Source: Anderseniella sp. (lineage in GTDB: Bacteria; Pseudomonadota; Alphaproteobacteria; Rhizobiales; Aestuariivirgaceae). Taken from it: a stretch of 40,285 nucleotides of DNA. Below the pieces are notes generated by a model. It made no database searches and had not been told where the DNA came from. It worked only from the letters and a program-made list of their open reading frames with translations. The stretch lies in assembly GCA_033722845.1 (NCBI GenBank), contig JAWVYF010000001.1:1-40285 (forward strand). Reading direction: 5' to 3'. Of the stretch, positions 32,798 through 40,285 are shown piece after piece. Every line of letters starts with the position of its first letter. Positions within the stretch are counted from its first letter, which is position 1. A program made the translations under genes and the position numbers.

Positions 32798-34015
32798 TTA
32801 CCCGTTATAGCGCTGGAATACCAGTGTTCCGTTGGTGCCGCCAAAGCCGAAGCTGTTGGAGAGCACCACGTTGAGCTGCTGATTGTCCTGGCGTTCGCGG
32901 ACAATCGGAATGTCGGCAAAGGCCGGATCGAGCTCTTCGATGTTGGCGCTTTCGCAAATGAAGCCGTTGTTCATCATCAGGATGGAGTAGATCGCTTCCT
33001 GCACACCGGCAGCGCCCAGCGAGTGGCCGGTCAGGGACTTGGTGGCCGAAATGGCCGGGATATCGCTGCCGAATACCTCGCGAATGGCCTCAATCTCCTT
33101 GATATCGCCAATCGGCGTGGAGGTGGCGTGCGGGTTGATGTAGTCGACCTTCTCCTTGACCGTCGACAGAGCCTGACGCATGCAGCGCGCCGCACCCTCG
33201 CCGGAGGGCTGCACCATGTCGAAGCCGTCCGAGGTCGCGCCATAACCGACCACTTCGCAATAAATCTTCGCGCCACGCGCCTTGGCGTGTTCAAGCTCTT
33301 CGAGCACCAATGTGCCACCGCCACCTGCAATGATGAAGCCATCCCGGTTCTTGTCATAGGCGCGGGAAGCCTTTGCCGGTGTATCGTTGTAGTTGGACGA
33401 CATGGCCCCCATGGCGTCGAACAGCACGGACAGGGTCCAGTCGAGCTCTTCGCCTCCACCGGCAAACATGATGTCCTGCTTGCCCCACTGGATCAGCTCG
33501 GCGGCATTGCCAATGCAGTGAGTCGAGGTCGCGCAGGCCGACGAGATCGAATAGTTCACGCCCTTGATGCCAAACGGCACGGCCAGCGTTGCCGAGTTGG
33601 TTGAGGACATGGCAGCTGGCACCGCAAACGGTCCGACGCGCTTGGGTCCCTTGTCACGGGTGGTGTCGGCTGCCTGCACAATGGTTTTGGTCGACGGACC
33701 GCCCGAGCCCATGATGATGCCGGTGCGCTCGTTCTTGACGTCGCTTTCCTCGAGGCCTGCGTCAGCAATTGCCTGCTGCATGGCAACCCAGTTCCAGGCC
33801 GCACCATCGCCCATGAAGCGGCGCACCCGGCGGTCAATCGCAGACTCCAGATCAATGGTTGGCGCGCCATGCACCTGGCAGCGGAATCCAAGCCGCTCAT
33901 AGTCCTCCGCCTTGACGGTGCCGGCCTTGGCCTCGCGCAATGAGGCCGTCACTTCCTGTGCGTTCGAGCCAATGCTCGACACGATCCCGAGTCCGGTGAC
34001 AACAACGCGTCTCAT
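32798..34015 (-). CDS. fabB: Beta-ketoacyl-ACP synthase I
   Basis: [46 protein letters not shown]; downstream of fabA. Confidence 0.96.
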   Translation of the reverse strand: MRRVVVTGLGIVSSIGSNAQEVTASLREAKAGTVKAEDYERLGFRCQVHGAPTIDLESAIDRRVRRFMGDGAAWNWVAMQQAIADAGLEESDVKNERTGIIMGSGGPSTKTIVQAADTTRDKGPKRVGPFAVPAAMSSTNSATLAVPFGIKGVNYSISSACATSTHCIGNAAELIQWGKQDIMFAGGGEELDWTLSVLFDAMGAMSSNYNDTPAKASRAYDKNRDGFIIAGGGGTLVLEELEHAKARGAKIYCEVVGYGATSDGFDMVQPSGEGAARCMRQALSTVKEKVDYINPHATSTPIGDIKEIEAIREVFGSDIPAISATKSLTGHSLGAAGVQEAIYSILMMNNGFICESANIEELDPAFADIPIVRERQDNQQLNVVLSNSFGFGGTNGTLVFQRYNG

Positions 34016-34054
34016 TGCCTGTCTCTCGCCTCCTTGAACCTGCTGCCTTGCCGG

Positions 34055-34579
34055 TCAGCCCTTGGCTTCCTGTTCCGGTGTAAACGTGCCGACCCGCATG
34101 TCGGTGGTGGTGTAGATCACCTCGCCATCGGCCTTCATAACGCCGTTGGCAATCGCCATGTTCAGCTTGCGCATGATCAGGCGCTGCACGTCGACCACGT
34201 ACTCAACCTTCTTCACGTCCGGCGTGACCATGCCGGTGAACTTGACCTCTCCAACGCCCAGCGCGCGGCCACGACCGGGCGCGCCCATCCAACCGAGGAA
34301 AAAGCCGGTCAACTGCCACAGCGCATCGAGGCCCAGGCAACCCGGCATGACAGGATCGCCCTGGAAGTGGCACGGGAAGAACCACAGGTCGGGCTTGATG
34401 TCGAATTCAGCCACGATCTGGCCCTTGCCGGCAGAGCCTCCATCTTCTGTGATCGAGGTGATGCGGTCGAACATCAGCATGGGTGGCAGGGGCAACTGTG
34501 CATTGCCGGGTCCGAAAAGTTCACCGCGCCCGCACGCCAAAAGCTCCTCGTACGAAAACTGCCCCTGTCGTTCGCTCAT
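34055..34579 (-). CDS. fabA: 3-hydroxydecanoyl-ACP dehydratase/isomerase FabA
   Basis: [44 protein letters not shown]; start ATG 34579. Confidence 0.97.
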   Translation of the reverse strand: MSERQGQFSYEELLACGRGELFGPGNAQLPLPPMLMFDRITSITEDGGSAGKGQIVAEFDIKPDLWFFPCHFQGDPVMPGCLGLDALWQLTGFFLGWMGAPGRGRALGVGEVKFTGMVTPDVKKVEYVVDVQRLIMRKLNMAIANGVMKADGEVIYTTTDMRVGTFTPEQEAKG

Positions 34580-34735
34580 GTCTGGCCCCGCGCCCTCACT
34601 CTCTGCAATCCGCCGCTGCCATGCTGGAAGGGACGGACAAATCCTGATATTCGGATTTCGTAACATAACGAAACAATCTGTGAAAGCACCATCGGTGTGC
34701 AAACTTGACGCGATCTCGTGCACTTTGTTGCGCAT

Positions 34736-34764
34736 TTGCACGCAAGGCCGTTTGTGTCTATATA
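34736..34764 (+). promoter_or_regulatory. Probable sigma70 promoter of irr
   Basis: TTGCAC-N17-TATATA with the CTATAT context common in rhizobial promoters. Confidence 0.5.
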
Positions 34765-34817
34765 GATTGACGCTATTCAAGCCATCCTTAGCAGGCTGGC
34801 AAAGACCTGAGTTGGAC

Positions 34818-35243
34818 ATGCATACCGAACACAGTATTTCGCCGGATACCATGGAAGAGCGGCTGCGCGATGCCGGGCTTCGCCCGACCCGCCAGCGCAT
34901 GTCGCTTGGCGCCCTTCTGTTTGGCAGTGGTGACCGTCATATTAGCGCTGAACAACTTCACGCCGAAGCCGTCCGGGCCGGTGTGGAGGTGTCGCTGGCT
35001 ACCATCTACAACACGCTCAACCAGTTCACCGAAGCAGGCCTGCTTCGTGAAGTGGCCGTGGAAGGGCACAAGTCCTACTTCGACACCAATACGTCGAACC
35101 ACTATCACTACTACCTCGAGGACGAAGGCCGCTTGATGGACATCCACAGCGATGACCTTTCAGTCGATGGCCTGCCTACGCCGCCCGAAGGCATGCGGAT
35201 CGGGCGTATCGACATCATCGTCCGGCTGGAGAAAGACACCTGA
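34818..35243 (+). CDS. irr: Fur-family iron response regulator Irr
   Basis: [40 protein letters not shown]; divergent from fabA, the conserved irr position in Rhizobiales. Alternative start 34851. Confidence 0.9.
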   Translation: MHTEHSISPDTMEERLRDAGLRPTRQRMSLGALLFGSGDRHISAEQLHAEAVRAGVEVSLATIYNTLNQFTEAGLLREVAVEGHKSYFDTNTSNHYHYYLEDEGRLMDIHSDDLSVDGLPTPPEGMRIGRIDIIVRLEKDT

Positions 35244-35271
35244 AGCCAGGCCTGAACGGGGCATGTTTCGC

Positions 35272-35309
35272 AAGCGCCGTCTGTTGATCGCAGGCGGCGT
35301 TTTGCTTTT
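35272..35309 (+). terminator. Intrinsic terminator between convergent irr and the SH3 gene
   Basis: AAGCGCCGTCTG-ttgatcg-CAGGCGGCGTTT followed by TGCTTTT. Confidence 0.7.
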
Positions 35310-35327
35310 GAAAAAACAAGATTGCCG

Positions 35328-35939
35328 TCAGTCGTCGTAAACTTCGCCGGGATAGGCGCCGAACAGCTTTTCCTGCGGCACATAACCTTCATAGTCACCA
35401 AAGGCTGCTTCGCACCACTTGCCGTCGCAGGACTTCAGGTTGCCGACCGCGCCGGAGCCGACGCGGGCAACGATGGCGGACGTGTTGGATTTTCCCGATT
35501 TCAGGTCAATCGAATCACCCTTTGCCCAGGGCGCTGCGATAACTGTACGCCTTCCTGACAACAGCGAATGATAGACCCAGCCTTCCGCGCCATCGCTGTC
35601 GCGGATACGGCGCCAGTGATCAAACTCGGCGATGATCTCTACCGGCAGATCCTTGCGCTTGAACACCCACGCAACCCGGTGATCGCTTGAAGGCCCGCGA
35701 CGGACATTGACCAGCGCCGATTTCAGGCTGACGAACCGTGGCATGGGCAGGCCCGTTTCCGGGCCAGTCTGGGCCGCAGCCGGCGTTGCGCCGCCTTCAG
35801 CCTCTTGTGCGGCCTGCGCTTCACTCATGGTGGTGGGTTGCCGGGTATCTGAAACAGCGTAGACAATGCCCCCCGCCACTGCCATGGCAAGGCATGCAAA
35901 CATCATGCGTCCTATGCTGAACCTGGCCAAAGCCGCCAT
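35328..35939 (-). CDS. Periplasmic tandem bacterial SH3-domain protein
   Basis: N-terminal hydrophobic segment; TGLPMPRFVSLK...VNVRRGP...WRRIRDSDGAEGWV..SLLSGRRT...CDGKWC. Start uncertain (35939 or 35906). Confidence 0.85.
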   Translation of the reverse strand: MAALARFSIGRMMFACLAMAVAGGIVYAVSDTRQPTTMSEAQAAQEAEGGATPAAAQTGPETGLPMPRFVSLKSALVNVRRGPSSDHRVAWVFKRKDLPVEIIAEFDHWRRIRDSDGAEGWVYHSLLSGRRTVIAAPWAKGDSIDLKSGKSNTSAIVARVGSGAVGNLKSCDGKWCEAAFGDYEGYVPQEKLFGAYPGEVYDD

Positions 35940-36141
35940 CCAACCCGAGTTTTAGCTTTTCATCACCATAGCGGGCAGCACCAATCAAAAAGCACTTGCG
36001 CCGACCCGGACAGTTTACATGCGCGTCCGGTCAACATAAACAGGAATGCAGAAATGATTTGCAAGAGGTCAGGACGCGGCGCGCCTTCGCAAGCGTAAGC
36101 AACGCTTTCCTGGCCGAAGCGTCCCTGCCGGAGCACAGTGA

Positions 36142-37131
36142 ATGCCGACACGCAAACCAACGGTCATCGTTACACGCAAACTGCCCGACGTTGTCGAGAC
36201 GCGGATGCGGGAGCTGTTTGCCACCACGCTCAACGATACCGATGAGCCGATGAGCCAGGCGCAACTGGTCGACGCGGTAAAGAAGGCAGAGGTGCTTGTA
36301 CCTACCGTGACCGACCGGATCGACAAGTCTGTCATCATGCAGGCAGGCGACCAGCTGAAGCTGATCGCCAATTTCGGCACCGGCGTCGACAATATCGATG
36401 TCGAAACCGCAACGGCCAAGGGCATCACCGTCACCAATACGCCCGGTGTGCTGACCGAAGACACCGCTGACATGACGATGGGGCTGATACTGGCGGTATC
36501 GCGCCGCCTCATTGAAGGGGCCAGCGTAATCGGCGAGGAAAACGTCTGGCAGGGCTGGTCGCCCACCTGGATGCTGGGCCGGCGCATTTATGGCAAGCGG
36601 CTCGGCATCATCGGCATGGGCCGCATTGGTCAAGCGGTGGCACGGCGTGCCAAGGCGTTCGGTCTGCAAATCCACTATCACAACCGCAAGCCGGTTCACC
36701 CCAGCGTCGAGGAATCGCTTGAGGCAACCTATTGGGAAAGCCTCGACCAGATGCTGGCCCGGATGGACATCATCTCGGTGAACTGCCCGCACACCCCCGG
36801 CACGTATCATTTGCTGTCGGCCCGACGGCTGCAGCTGGTCAAGCATGACGCGATTATCGTCAACACCGCACGCGGTGAAGTGATCGACGAAAACGCGCTG
36901 GCCCGGATGCTGGAAAAGGACGAACTTGGCGGTGTTGGCCTCGACGTGTTCGAGCACGAACCTGCCGTCAACCCCCGCCTGCTCAAGAACCCGAAAGCCG
37001 TACTGATGCCGCACATGGGATCGGCAACCATCGAAGGCCGGGTAGACATGGGCGAGAAGGTGATCATCAACATCAAGACCTTCAGCGACGGGCACAAGCC
37101 GCCAGACCGGGTCGTCCCAGCGATGCTGTGA
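36142..37131 (+). CDS. D-2-hydroxyacid dehydrogenase (D-glycerate dehydrogenase/glyoxylate reductase family)
   Basis: NFGTGVDNID, NTPGVLTEDTAD, GIIGMGRIG, NTARGEVIDE, LDVFEHEP, PHMGSAT. Confidence 0.94.
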   Translation: MPTRKPTVIVTRKLPDVVETRMRELFATTLNDTDEPMSQAQLVDAVKKAEVLVPTVTDRIDKSVIMQAGDQLKLIANFGTGVDNIDVETATAKGITVTNTPGVLTEDTADMTMGLILAVSRRLIEGASVIGEENVWQGWSPTWMLGRRIYGKRLGIIGMGRIGQAVARRAKAFGLQIHYHNRKPVHPSVEESLEATYWESLDQMLARMDIISVNCPHTPGTYHLLSARRLQLVKHDAIIVNTARGEVIDENALARMLEKDELGGVGLDVFEHEPAVNPRLLKNPKAVLMPHMGSATIEGRVDMGEKVIINIKTFSDGHKPPDRVVPAML

Positions 37132-37142
37132 TCTGAAAATGC

Positions 37143-37182
37143 AAAGCGCCGGAGCCACGAGGCCCCGGCGCTTTCTTGTTTT
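37143..37182. terminator. Bidirectional intrinsic terminator between the dehydrogenase gene and pnp
   Basis: AAAGCGCCGGAGCC-ACGA-GGCCCCGGCGCTTT then CTTGTTTT; A-rich on the left side. Confidence 0.8.
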
Positions 37183-37205
37183 GCAGTCAGATGAAGGGCA
37201 GCCAA

Positions 37206-39338
37206 TTACTCGGCTGCGTCATCCTTCTTGGCCGAAATTTCTTCGCCGGTTTCCTGATCGACCTGCTTCATCGACAGGCGGACCTTGCCGCGCTGGTCGA
37301 AGCCGAGCAGCTTGACCTTGACCTTGTCGCCTTCCGAGACGATGTCGGTGACCTTGTCGACGCGCTTGGGCGCCAGTTCGGAAATGTGCACCAGGCCATC
37401 CTTGGCACCGAAGAAGTTCACGAAGGCGCCGAAGTCGACGACTTTCACAACGGTGCCCTCATAGATGGCGCCTTCTTCCGGCTCGGCCACGATGGAGTGG
37501 ATCCAGTCCTTTGCCGCCTTGATCGATGCACCATCGGCAGACGCAATGTTGATCACGCCATCGTCGTTGATGTTCACCTTGGCACCGGTCTTCTCGACGA
37601 TCTCGCGGATCACCTTGCCGCCGGAACCGATGACTTCACGGATCTTGTCGACCGGAATGGTCATCACCTCGATGCGCGGAGCATGTTCGCCCAGCGATGC
37701 ACGGCCTTCGGTGATGGCTTCAGCCATCTTGCCGAGAATGTGCATGCGGCCATCCTTGGCCTGGAACAGTGCCGTTTCCATGATCTCCTTGGTGATACCG
37801 GTGATCTTGATGTCCATCTGCAGCGACGTGACACCTTCTTCGGTACCGGCCACCTTGAAGTCCATATCGCCAAGGTGGTCTTCGTCACCCAGAATATCGG
37901 ACAGAACCGCGAAGTTATCGCCTTCCAGGATGAGGCCCATGGCGATACCGGCGATCGGGCGCTTGAGCGGCACACCTGCGTCCATCATGGCGAGAGAAGC
38001 GCCACACACCGATGCCATCGACGACGAGCCGTTTGACTCGGTGATCTCGGACACGATGCGGATGGTGTAGGGGAACTCTTCCTTGGCCGGCAGCATCGGG
38101 TGGACGGCGCGCCATGCCAGCTTGCCGTGACCGATTTCGCGGCGGCCGGTGAAGCCTGTGCGGCCGGTCTCACCCACCGAGTAAGGCGGGAAGTTGTAGT
38201 GCAGCAGGAAGTTCTGCTTGTAGGTGCCTTCCAGGGCATCCACGAACTGCTCGTCATCACCGGTGCCGAGCGTGGTCACGACCAGCGCCTGGGTTTCACC
38301 GCGGGTGAACAGGGCCGAACCGTGGGTACGCGGCAGTACGCCGACTTCGCACTTGATCGGGCGGACGTCAGCCAGGCCGCGTCCGTCGATGCGGGACTTG
38401 GTTTCGATGATCTGGCCGCGCACGATGTCGGCTTCCAGCGACTTGAACACCTCGCCCACCTTGTTGGCGGCAGGTGCGTTCTCGTCTTCCGGGTCAACCA
38501 GCGCTTCAAGCACCTTGTCCTTGGCGGCGGAGATGGCGTCGCGACGCTCTTCCTTGCCGGCAATGGCGTAGGCCTTCTTGAGGTCTTCGCTGACCATGTC
38601 GGACATCTTGGCACGCAGCTCGGAATTGTCTTCCGGCTGGTGGTCACGCGGTTCGCGCGCAGCGCGCTCGGCCAGGCGAATGATCGCCTCGATGACAGGC
38701 TGGAACTCTTCCTGACCCTTGACCACGGCGCCGAGCATGACCTCCTCGGTCAGCTCATCAGCTTCGGATTCAACCATCAGCACGGCGTCGGTGGTGCCGG
38801 CGACGACGAGGTCGAGCTTGGTCTCTTCCATCTGGTCGAGCGTCGGGTTGATGACGTACTCGCCATCGATATAGCCGACGCGGGCTGCACCGATGGGGCC
38901 GAGGAACGGCGCGCCGGACAGGCAAAGGGCAGCAGATGCGCCAACCATGGCGACCACGTCCGGATCGTTCTCGAGGTCGTGGCTGAGCACGGTGATGATC
39001 ACCTGGGTTTCACACTTGAAACCCTTGGCGAACAGCGGGCGGATCGGGCGGTCGATCAGGCGGGAAACCAGGGTTTCCTTTTCGGACGGACGGCCTTCAC
39101 GCTTGAAGTAGCCGCCCGGGATCTTGCCGGCGGCGTAGGCCTTTTCCTGGTAGTTCACGGTAAGCGGGAAGAAGTCGAGGCCGGGCTTGGGTGCCTTTTC
39201 GGCAACAACGGTGGCGAGCACCGTGGTTTCGCCGTAGGTGGCCAGCACGGCGCCATCGGCCTGGCGGGCAACGCGGCCGGTTTCGAGCCGCAGCGTACGG
39301 CCGGCCCATTCAAGTTCTTCCACGTGGATATCAAACAT
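37206..39338 (-). CDS. pnp: Polyribonucleotide nucleotidyltransferase (PNPase)
   Basis: [67 protein letters not shown] and S1 domains. Confidence 0.99.
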   Translation of the reverse strand: MFDIHVEELEWAGRTLRLETGRVARQADGAVLATYGETTVLATVVAEKAPKPGLDFFPLTVNYQEKAYAAGKIPGGYFKREGRPSEKETLVSRLIDRPIRPLFAKGFKCETQVIITVLSHDLENDPDVVAMVGASAALCLSGAPFLGPIGAARVGYIDGEYVINPTLDQMEETKLDLVVAGTTDAVLMVESEADELTEEVMLGAVVKGQEEFQPVIEAIIRLAERAAREPRDHQPEDNSELRAKMSDMVSEDLKKAYAIAGKEERRDAISAAKDKVLEALVDPEDENAPAANKVGEVFKSLEADIVRGQIIETKSRIDGRGLADVRPIKCEVGVLPRTHGSALFTRGETQALVVTTLGTGDDEQFVDALEGTYKQNFLLHYNFPPYSVGETGRTGFTGRREIGHGKLAWRAVHPMLPAKEEFPYTIRIVSEITESNGSSSMASVCGASLAMMDAGVPLKRPIAGIAMGLILEGDNFAVLSDILGDEDHLGDMDFKVAGTEEGVTSLQMDIKITGITKEIMETALFQAKDGRMHILGKMAEAITEGRASLGEHAPRIEVMTIPVDKIREVIGSGGKVIREIVEKTGAKVNINDDGVINIASADGASIKAAKDWIHSIVAEPEEGAIYEGTVVKVVDFGAFVNFFGAKDGLVHISELAPKRVDKVTDIVSEGDKVKVKLLGFDQRGKVRLSMKQVDQETGEEISAKKDDAAE

Positions 39339-39511
39339 CTTTCGTCATTCCTTACATTCGGTCCTTGTGCCGCGCTCACACGAAACAATCATCAGCCTGG
39401 CGGCATATCCCCTGTATGGACCATCGCGGGCGGGAAGCCCCATTGCCTCCTCGCCAAAAGGGGATGCGGGCGGCCCCTTGTACCGGAGCCGCCCGCGATC
39501 TGGTTGCCAAC

Positions 39512-39781
39512 TTACCTGCGGATACCGAGCCGTTCGATCAGGCTCTTGTAGCGGGCTTCGTCATTGCGCTTGACGTAATCAAGCAGCTTGCGGCGCTGGG
39601 AAACGAGCTTCAGCAGACCACGCCGGGAGTGGTTGTCCTTTTTGTGGGTCTGGAAGTGTCCGGTCAGGTTCTTGATCCGCTCGGTGAGGATTGCGACCTG
39701 CACCTCGGGAGAACCGGTGTCACCATTGCCAGTGGCAAATTCCTTCACAAGCTCCTGCTTGCGATCAGGTGTAATCGACAT
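39512..39781 (-). CDS. rpsO: 30S ribosomal protein S15
   Basis: [12 protein letters not shown]...[13 protein letters not shown]...[14 protein letters not shown]; SD GAAAGGAG; start ATG 39781. Confidence 0.99.
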   Translation of the reverse strand: MSITPDRKQELVKEFATGNGDTGSPEVQVAILTERIKNLTGHFQTHKKDNHSRRGLLKLVSQRRKLLDYVKRNDEARYKSLIERLGIRR

Positions 39782-39880
39782 CGTATGCGCTCCTTTCAAA
39801 ACTGGAGGAAGAGGACGCCTGGTGCCGGGATGCCGTCCAGCACAGGCCATGAAAAAACACCGGCCGAAGCCAGCGTTCGG
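39782..39880 (-). ncRNA. Probable alphaproteobacterial S15 autoregulatory leader (cis-regulatory RNA)
   Basis: Minus strand GCCTGTGCTGG-ACGGCATC-CCGGCACCAGGC helix, then a pyrimidine tract able to pair with the SD. It resembles the rpsO leaders I recall from Rhizobiales; not verified by a covariance model. Confidence 0.6.
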
Positions 39881-39886
39881 GCCAGC

Positions 39887-39915
39887 GTATAGCTGAAAAT
39901 CACCCGGATTGCCAG
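39887..39915 (-). promoter_or_regulatory. Possible sigma70 promoter of rpsO
   Basis: Minus strand CTGGCA-N17-CTATAC. Confidence 0.4.
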
Positions 39916-40055
39916 AGGGATGTTGGGGGTGGTGGGTGTGCTTCATTAGGTTCCGCCGGGGCGTCCGCGAAATTGTCCAGTCCCGGTCGAAGCTGCGCTT
40001 CTCCGCGCCTCTTGTGCCTGCTCACGCGCTGGCGATTTTGCTGGACGCAAAATCT

Positions 40056-40169
40056 TGCGCTGCCGCAGGGGGAAAGGTGTCCTGACAGGTAGTTACATTT
40101 CTCGTGCGCTGCCGCAGGGGGGAGGTGTCCTGACAGATAGCTGCATTTCGCTTGCGCTGCTGCAGGGGA
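40056..40169. repeat. Intergenic tandem repeat, about 2.3 copies of a 48-49 bp unit
   Basis: 40056-40104 TGCGCTGCCGCAGGGGGAAAGGTGTCCTGACAGGTAGTTACATTTCTCG; 40105-40152 TGCGCTGCCGCAGGGGGGAGGTGTCCTGACAGATAGCTGCATTTCGCT; 40153-40169 TGCGCTGCTGCAGGGGA. Confidence 0.9.
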
Positions 40170-40190
40170 GATTGGGCATCTGCAACTCCC

Positions 40191-40232
40191 AAAACAAAAA
40201 AGGCGCAGCGGCTCGAGGTGAGCTGCTGCGCC
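40191..40232 (-). terminator. Strong intrinsic terminator, probably of a minus-strand gene beyond the window
   Basis: Minus strand GGCGCAGCAGCTC-ACCTC-GAGCCGCTGCGCC followed by TTTTTTGTTTT; plus strand followed by GATATTTGTTTG, so possibly bidirectional. Confidence 0.8.
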
Positions 40233-40285
40233 GATATTTGTTTGCCCCCGGATTGCAGCATCCGGGATGTGCCGCGCGGTTGGCT

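Noticed and set aside
34146-34900. Apparent overlapping long N-terminal extensions of irr (365 aa) and fabA (281 aa)
   Set aside because: Family homology begins at 34818 and 34579 respectively; the extensions are artefacts of choosing the most upstream start.
31901-35243. fabA-fabB-fabI linked to irr as a novel iron-lipid system
   Set aside because: This synteny is common in alphaproteobacteria, so it is not new in itself.
39782-39946. His-rich in-frame N-terminal extension of S15 ([10 protein letters not shown]...)
   Set aside because: A strong SD precedes ATG 39781, which gives the standard 89-aa S15; the upstream open frame crosses the promoter and leader RNA.
40056-40169. Mini CRISPR array
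   Set aside because: The sequences between the conserved blocks are near-identical rather than unique spacers, there are only ~2.3 units, and no cas genes are in the window.
40022-40261. 79-aa minus-strand ORF with repeated CQDT motif
   Set aside because: It runs through a strong terminator and merely translates the DNA repeat; the 49-bp unit shifts frame and there is no SD.

Overview
High-GC alphaproteobacterial chromosome segment, Hyphomicrobiales/Rhizobiales-like judging by gene order and protein signatures. It is mostly conserved core genes: a branched-chain amino-acid ABC binding protein and partial ATPase, pyrC, mmcB, regA-regB with a divergent SCO/senC, phaZ, a YgjP/M48 peptidase, PBP1A, rpsT-dnaA-dnaN-recF-gyrB, enoyl-CoA hydratase, mutM, ubiE-ubiB-coaBC-dut-moeB-like, fabA-fabB-fabI, irr, an SH3 protein, a D-2-hydroxyacid dehydrogenase and rpsO-pnp. 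One accessory-looking block (~2.9-9.6 kb) carries a GT4, a CrtI/CrtN desaturase-acyltransferase-GT2 operon (probably carotenoid glycosyl-ester tailoring, with no synthase in the window) and a divergent ABC-2 exporter. I found no rRNA, tRNA, transposase, integrase, prophage or CRISPR array. I cannot demonstrate a wholly new protein system. The best leads are non-coding: (i) a 48-49 bp tandem repeat upstream of rpsO that folds into three hairpins with C/U-rich, anti-Shine-Dalgarno-like loops; (ii) a ~700 bp rpsT-dnaA intergenic region with a perfect alphaproteobacterial LexA box, six GANTC sites and several hairpins; (iii) a perfect CtrA box before PBP1A; (iv) mutually exclusive helices between rpsO and pnp; (v) candidate RegA and PhaR operators. 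All calls were made by eye from motifs, with no database searches.
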